Origin: an uncultured Faecalibacterium sp.
GTDB taxonomy: Bacteria; Bacillota; Clostridia; Oscillospirales; Ruminococcaceae
Assembly: GCA_902463235.1 (NCBI GenBank)
Contig: CABQER010000003.1
Coordinates: 9,297-73,296, forward strand
Direction of reading: 5' to 3'
DNA: 64,000 nucleotides
Under the pieces are notes generated by a model that was given only the letters and a program-made list of their open reading frames with translations, had not been told where the DNA came from and made no database searches. Of this stretch, positions 62,357 through 64,000 are shown piece by piece. The translations under genes were made by a program, and so were the position numbers. Within the stretch, counting starts at the first letter, position 1, and every line of letters begins with the position of its first letter.

Positions 62357-63757
62357 ATCAACTTGTCAAAATGGCCAGTTGATGTGGTGAATGACACAAA
62401 GCGTCATTCACCAGAAAAACCTTATGCGTTACGGCTCACCTCATGTGGACAATTTGTCTACATGAGGTAACCTGTCGCAGCCTAATTCAATGTGTTCAAA
62501 CTGAGCACATTGACTCTGTCCGTGTTACAGCTGACCTCGACTTGACATTTTGTCAAGCCACGGTGAAATTCGGTAAGTGCTGCTTTTCAGTACTTACCAA
62601 ATGACCGTAACACGGTCGCTCTGTGGTGGGTTACGAAAACCGTAACTCACCACTTGGAAGTGGTAAATGGACAAAATGTCCACTTACCACTCAACCATAA
62701 CAGAGGAAGCTTGGTTGGTGGTCATTTTGATCACCAACCAGACAATCGTAACGCTTTACTGTGTAAAAGTGGCTGTTACCATTTTGATAACCGCCACGCA
62801 TCTGTAACGTTTGGGCAAATAATGCTTTTCATTATCCACCACACACCCGTAACAACCAAAGGAGGATTCCTATGACAACAGAACAATGGGAACGCGAAAA
62901 TCAGGACACCTTGATGGAATATTTCATTGATGGCGACCCCAGTGTGCGCAGAATCCAATGTGAATACTGCCGCAAGGTCATCTACACCCAGACCCGAAAC
63001 CGCAAATATTGCAGCTTCCAGACCTGCGGTCACAAGATGCTGAATCTGCGGAAAAGCCTTAAAAAGCGTGCCGACCGTGGAACTTACACCTGCGTCTGCT
63101 GCGGGGAACAGTTCCTACCAATTCGGGCAGATGCCAGATATTGCAACAATGCCTGCCGGCAGAAAGGCTACCGCCAGCGTAAAATAGCTGCACACACTTC
63201 TCTTTGAGGAACTTGATAAAGTTTGTCGAGTTCCTTATCTACGCTCGCTTTTATCCAGTAAAGTGGCACTTCCCAGAATGGGAAGTGCCAAAATACCGTA
63301 ACTCTTAATCGCTCACTCCCAAATCCCCAAAGTGGGAATTTGGGCTGTCATCTGAAATCAGGTTACGCTTTCCGTAACTTGATTTGTAACTCCTGCCGAA
63401 TCAAGTTCCCACTTTGGGAACTTGATTGTAGCCGTATCAAAATCAGGTTGTCAAAATGATAACTTGATTTCATCTGCAACGAAGCCACCGGAGTTATCAT
63501 TTTGAGAACTTCGGCTTTATCTGTTACGCGTCGCGCCCACTCCGTAAAAATCAGGTGGTCAAAATGATCACTTGATTCTACCCGTAACGACTCAAGGTCG
63601 TTGAAAATTAGGTGCCGCACCCGGCACTTGATTTTACCCGTAACAGAATCAGTGGGTCAAAATGGCCCGCTGAAAAAGCCGGACGAGCTGCGGGCAGGGA
63701 TTCGCAAATCTTTGCCTGTCAGCTTGCCAAAATCAACGGGCCAAAATGGCCCGTTGA
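62357..63757 (+). repeat. Array of about 23 heterogeneous hairpins/palindromes with 5-nt A/T-rich loops and interspersed GTAAC motifs
   Basis: Mostly 10-14 bp stems, e.g. AATCAAGTTCCC-ACTTT-GGGAACTTGATT (63399), TGGCACTTCCC-AGAAT-GGGAAGTGCCA (63264), TCAACGGGCC-AAAAT-GGCCCGTTGA (63733); 11 before and 12 after the 62872 ORF. Confidence 0.85.
62872..63207 (+). CDS. Small double zinc-finger protein embedded in the hairpin array
   Basis: GGAGG RBS; CEYC...KYCSFQTC and CVCC...RYCNNACRQKGYRQRK; basic. Confidence 0.8.
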   Translation: MTTEQWERENQDTLMEYFIDGDPSVRRIQCEYCRKVIYTQTRNRKYCSFQTCGHKMLNLRKSLKKRADRGTYTCVCCGEQFLPIRADARYCNNACRQKGYRQRKIAAHTSL

Positions 63758-63907
63758 AGGGAGTCAAGGGGGAACGCCTTACCCAGTGATATGATGCTGT
63801 GCGTCATATCCTACTGGGTATTATCTGGCGCACCGCAGGCGGCAGATTCAGCAGCAAAGCTGCTGCGCACCCACCCCGCCAAGCTGTTGAAATGGAGGAA
63901 TGTCTAT

Positions 63908-64000
63908 CTGAAATTAACACGACACAACGGACGAGCCGGGACCCACGGCACCTATAACCCCAAGCACAATGACCGGAGTTTCAACCTTGTCAACAGTGAG
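63908..64000 (+). CDS. Probable mobilization protein/relaxase (Pre/MobV-like), 5' part only
   Basis: After GGAGG (63894) the frame reads (C)TG-KLTRHNGRAGTHGTYNPKHNDRSFNLVNSE; HNDR recalls the MobV H-N-x-R motif; only 31 codons visible. Confidence 0.55.
   Translation, partial: MKLTRHNGRAGTHGTYNPKHNDRSFNLVNSE

Larger units (their letters stand above)
51453..64000. mobile_element. Genomic island / probable integrative mobilizable element at the groEL 3' end (continues past the window)
   Basis: Abrupt switch to AT-rich, mosaic defence-type genes after the groEL stop; TTACGCCA direct repeats at the junction; relaxase-like gene start at the right edge. No integrase within the window. Confidence 0.75.

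Noticed and set aside
62357..63757. CRISPR array interpretation of the hairpin array
   Set aside because: No identical direct repeat with unique spacers and no cas genes in the window; the palindromes themselves vary.
62357..63757. Integron attC cassette array
   Set aside because: GTAAC/GTTAC only loosely recalls R boxes, the motifs lie outside the stems, units are short, there is a single ORF and no IntI is visible.
63363..63794. Short ORFs 63363-63620, 63601-63789, 63612-63794 (also 62204-62470, 62654-62875, 62776-63033)
   Set aside because: No good RBS; they appear to be by-products of the palindromic DNA.

Overview
GC-rich Bacillota (Clostridia) chromosomal window; gene content and codon style suggest a Faecalibacterium/Oscillospiraceae-like gut anaerobe (inference). 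Positions 1-51452 are mostly housekeeping: SPFH/NfeD, a GH13 glucanase and glgP, zapA-U32-dut-maf-mreBCD-PBP2-mgsA, rnhA, rnj-gdpP-glf-rplI-dnaB-tilS-hpt-ftsH, LacI/HAD, luxS, pyk, deoB-pdp, trkAH, a ydjI/G/H-like operon, a Clp ATPase, a lipid kinase, an acyltransferase and CIRCE-groES-groEL. Right after the groEL stop codon an accessory island begins (about 51453 to beyond 64000), probably an integrative mobilizable element. It carries a KAP NTPase, an XRE regulator, an unusual two-gene restriction-modification-like system, a GmrSD-like protein and the 5' end of a probable relaxase. Two observations stand out. (1) A ~1.4 kb array of about 23 non-identical hairpins (62357-63757), mostly with 5-nt A/T-rich loops, interleaved with GTAAC motifs, downstream of a strong sigma70-type promoter and wrapped around a small double zinc-finger gene. 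(2) An RM-like pair in which the nuclease-helicase ends in only the SAM-binding half of a methyltransferase, while the upstream methyltransferase gene has an internal RBS+ATG just before its NPPY/specificity half, suggesting a shared, separately translated subunit. No CRISPR array, tRNA or rRNA was recognised. All calls are by eye; no database searches were run.
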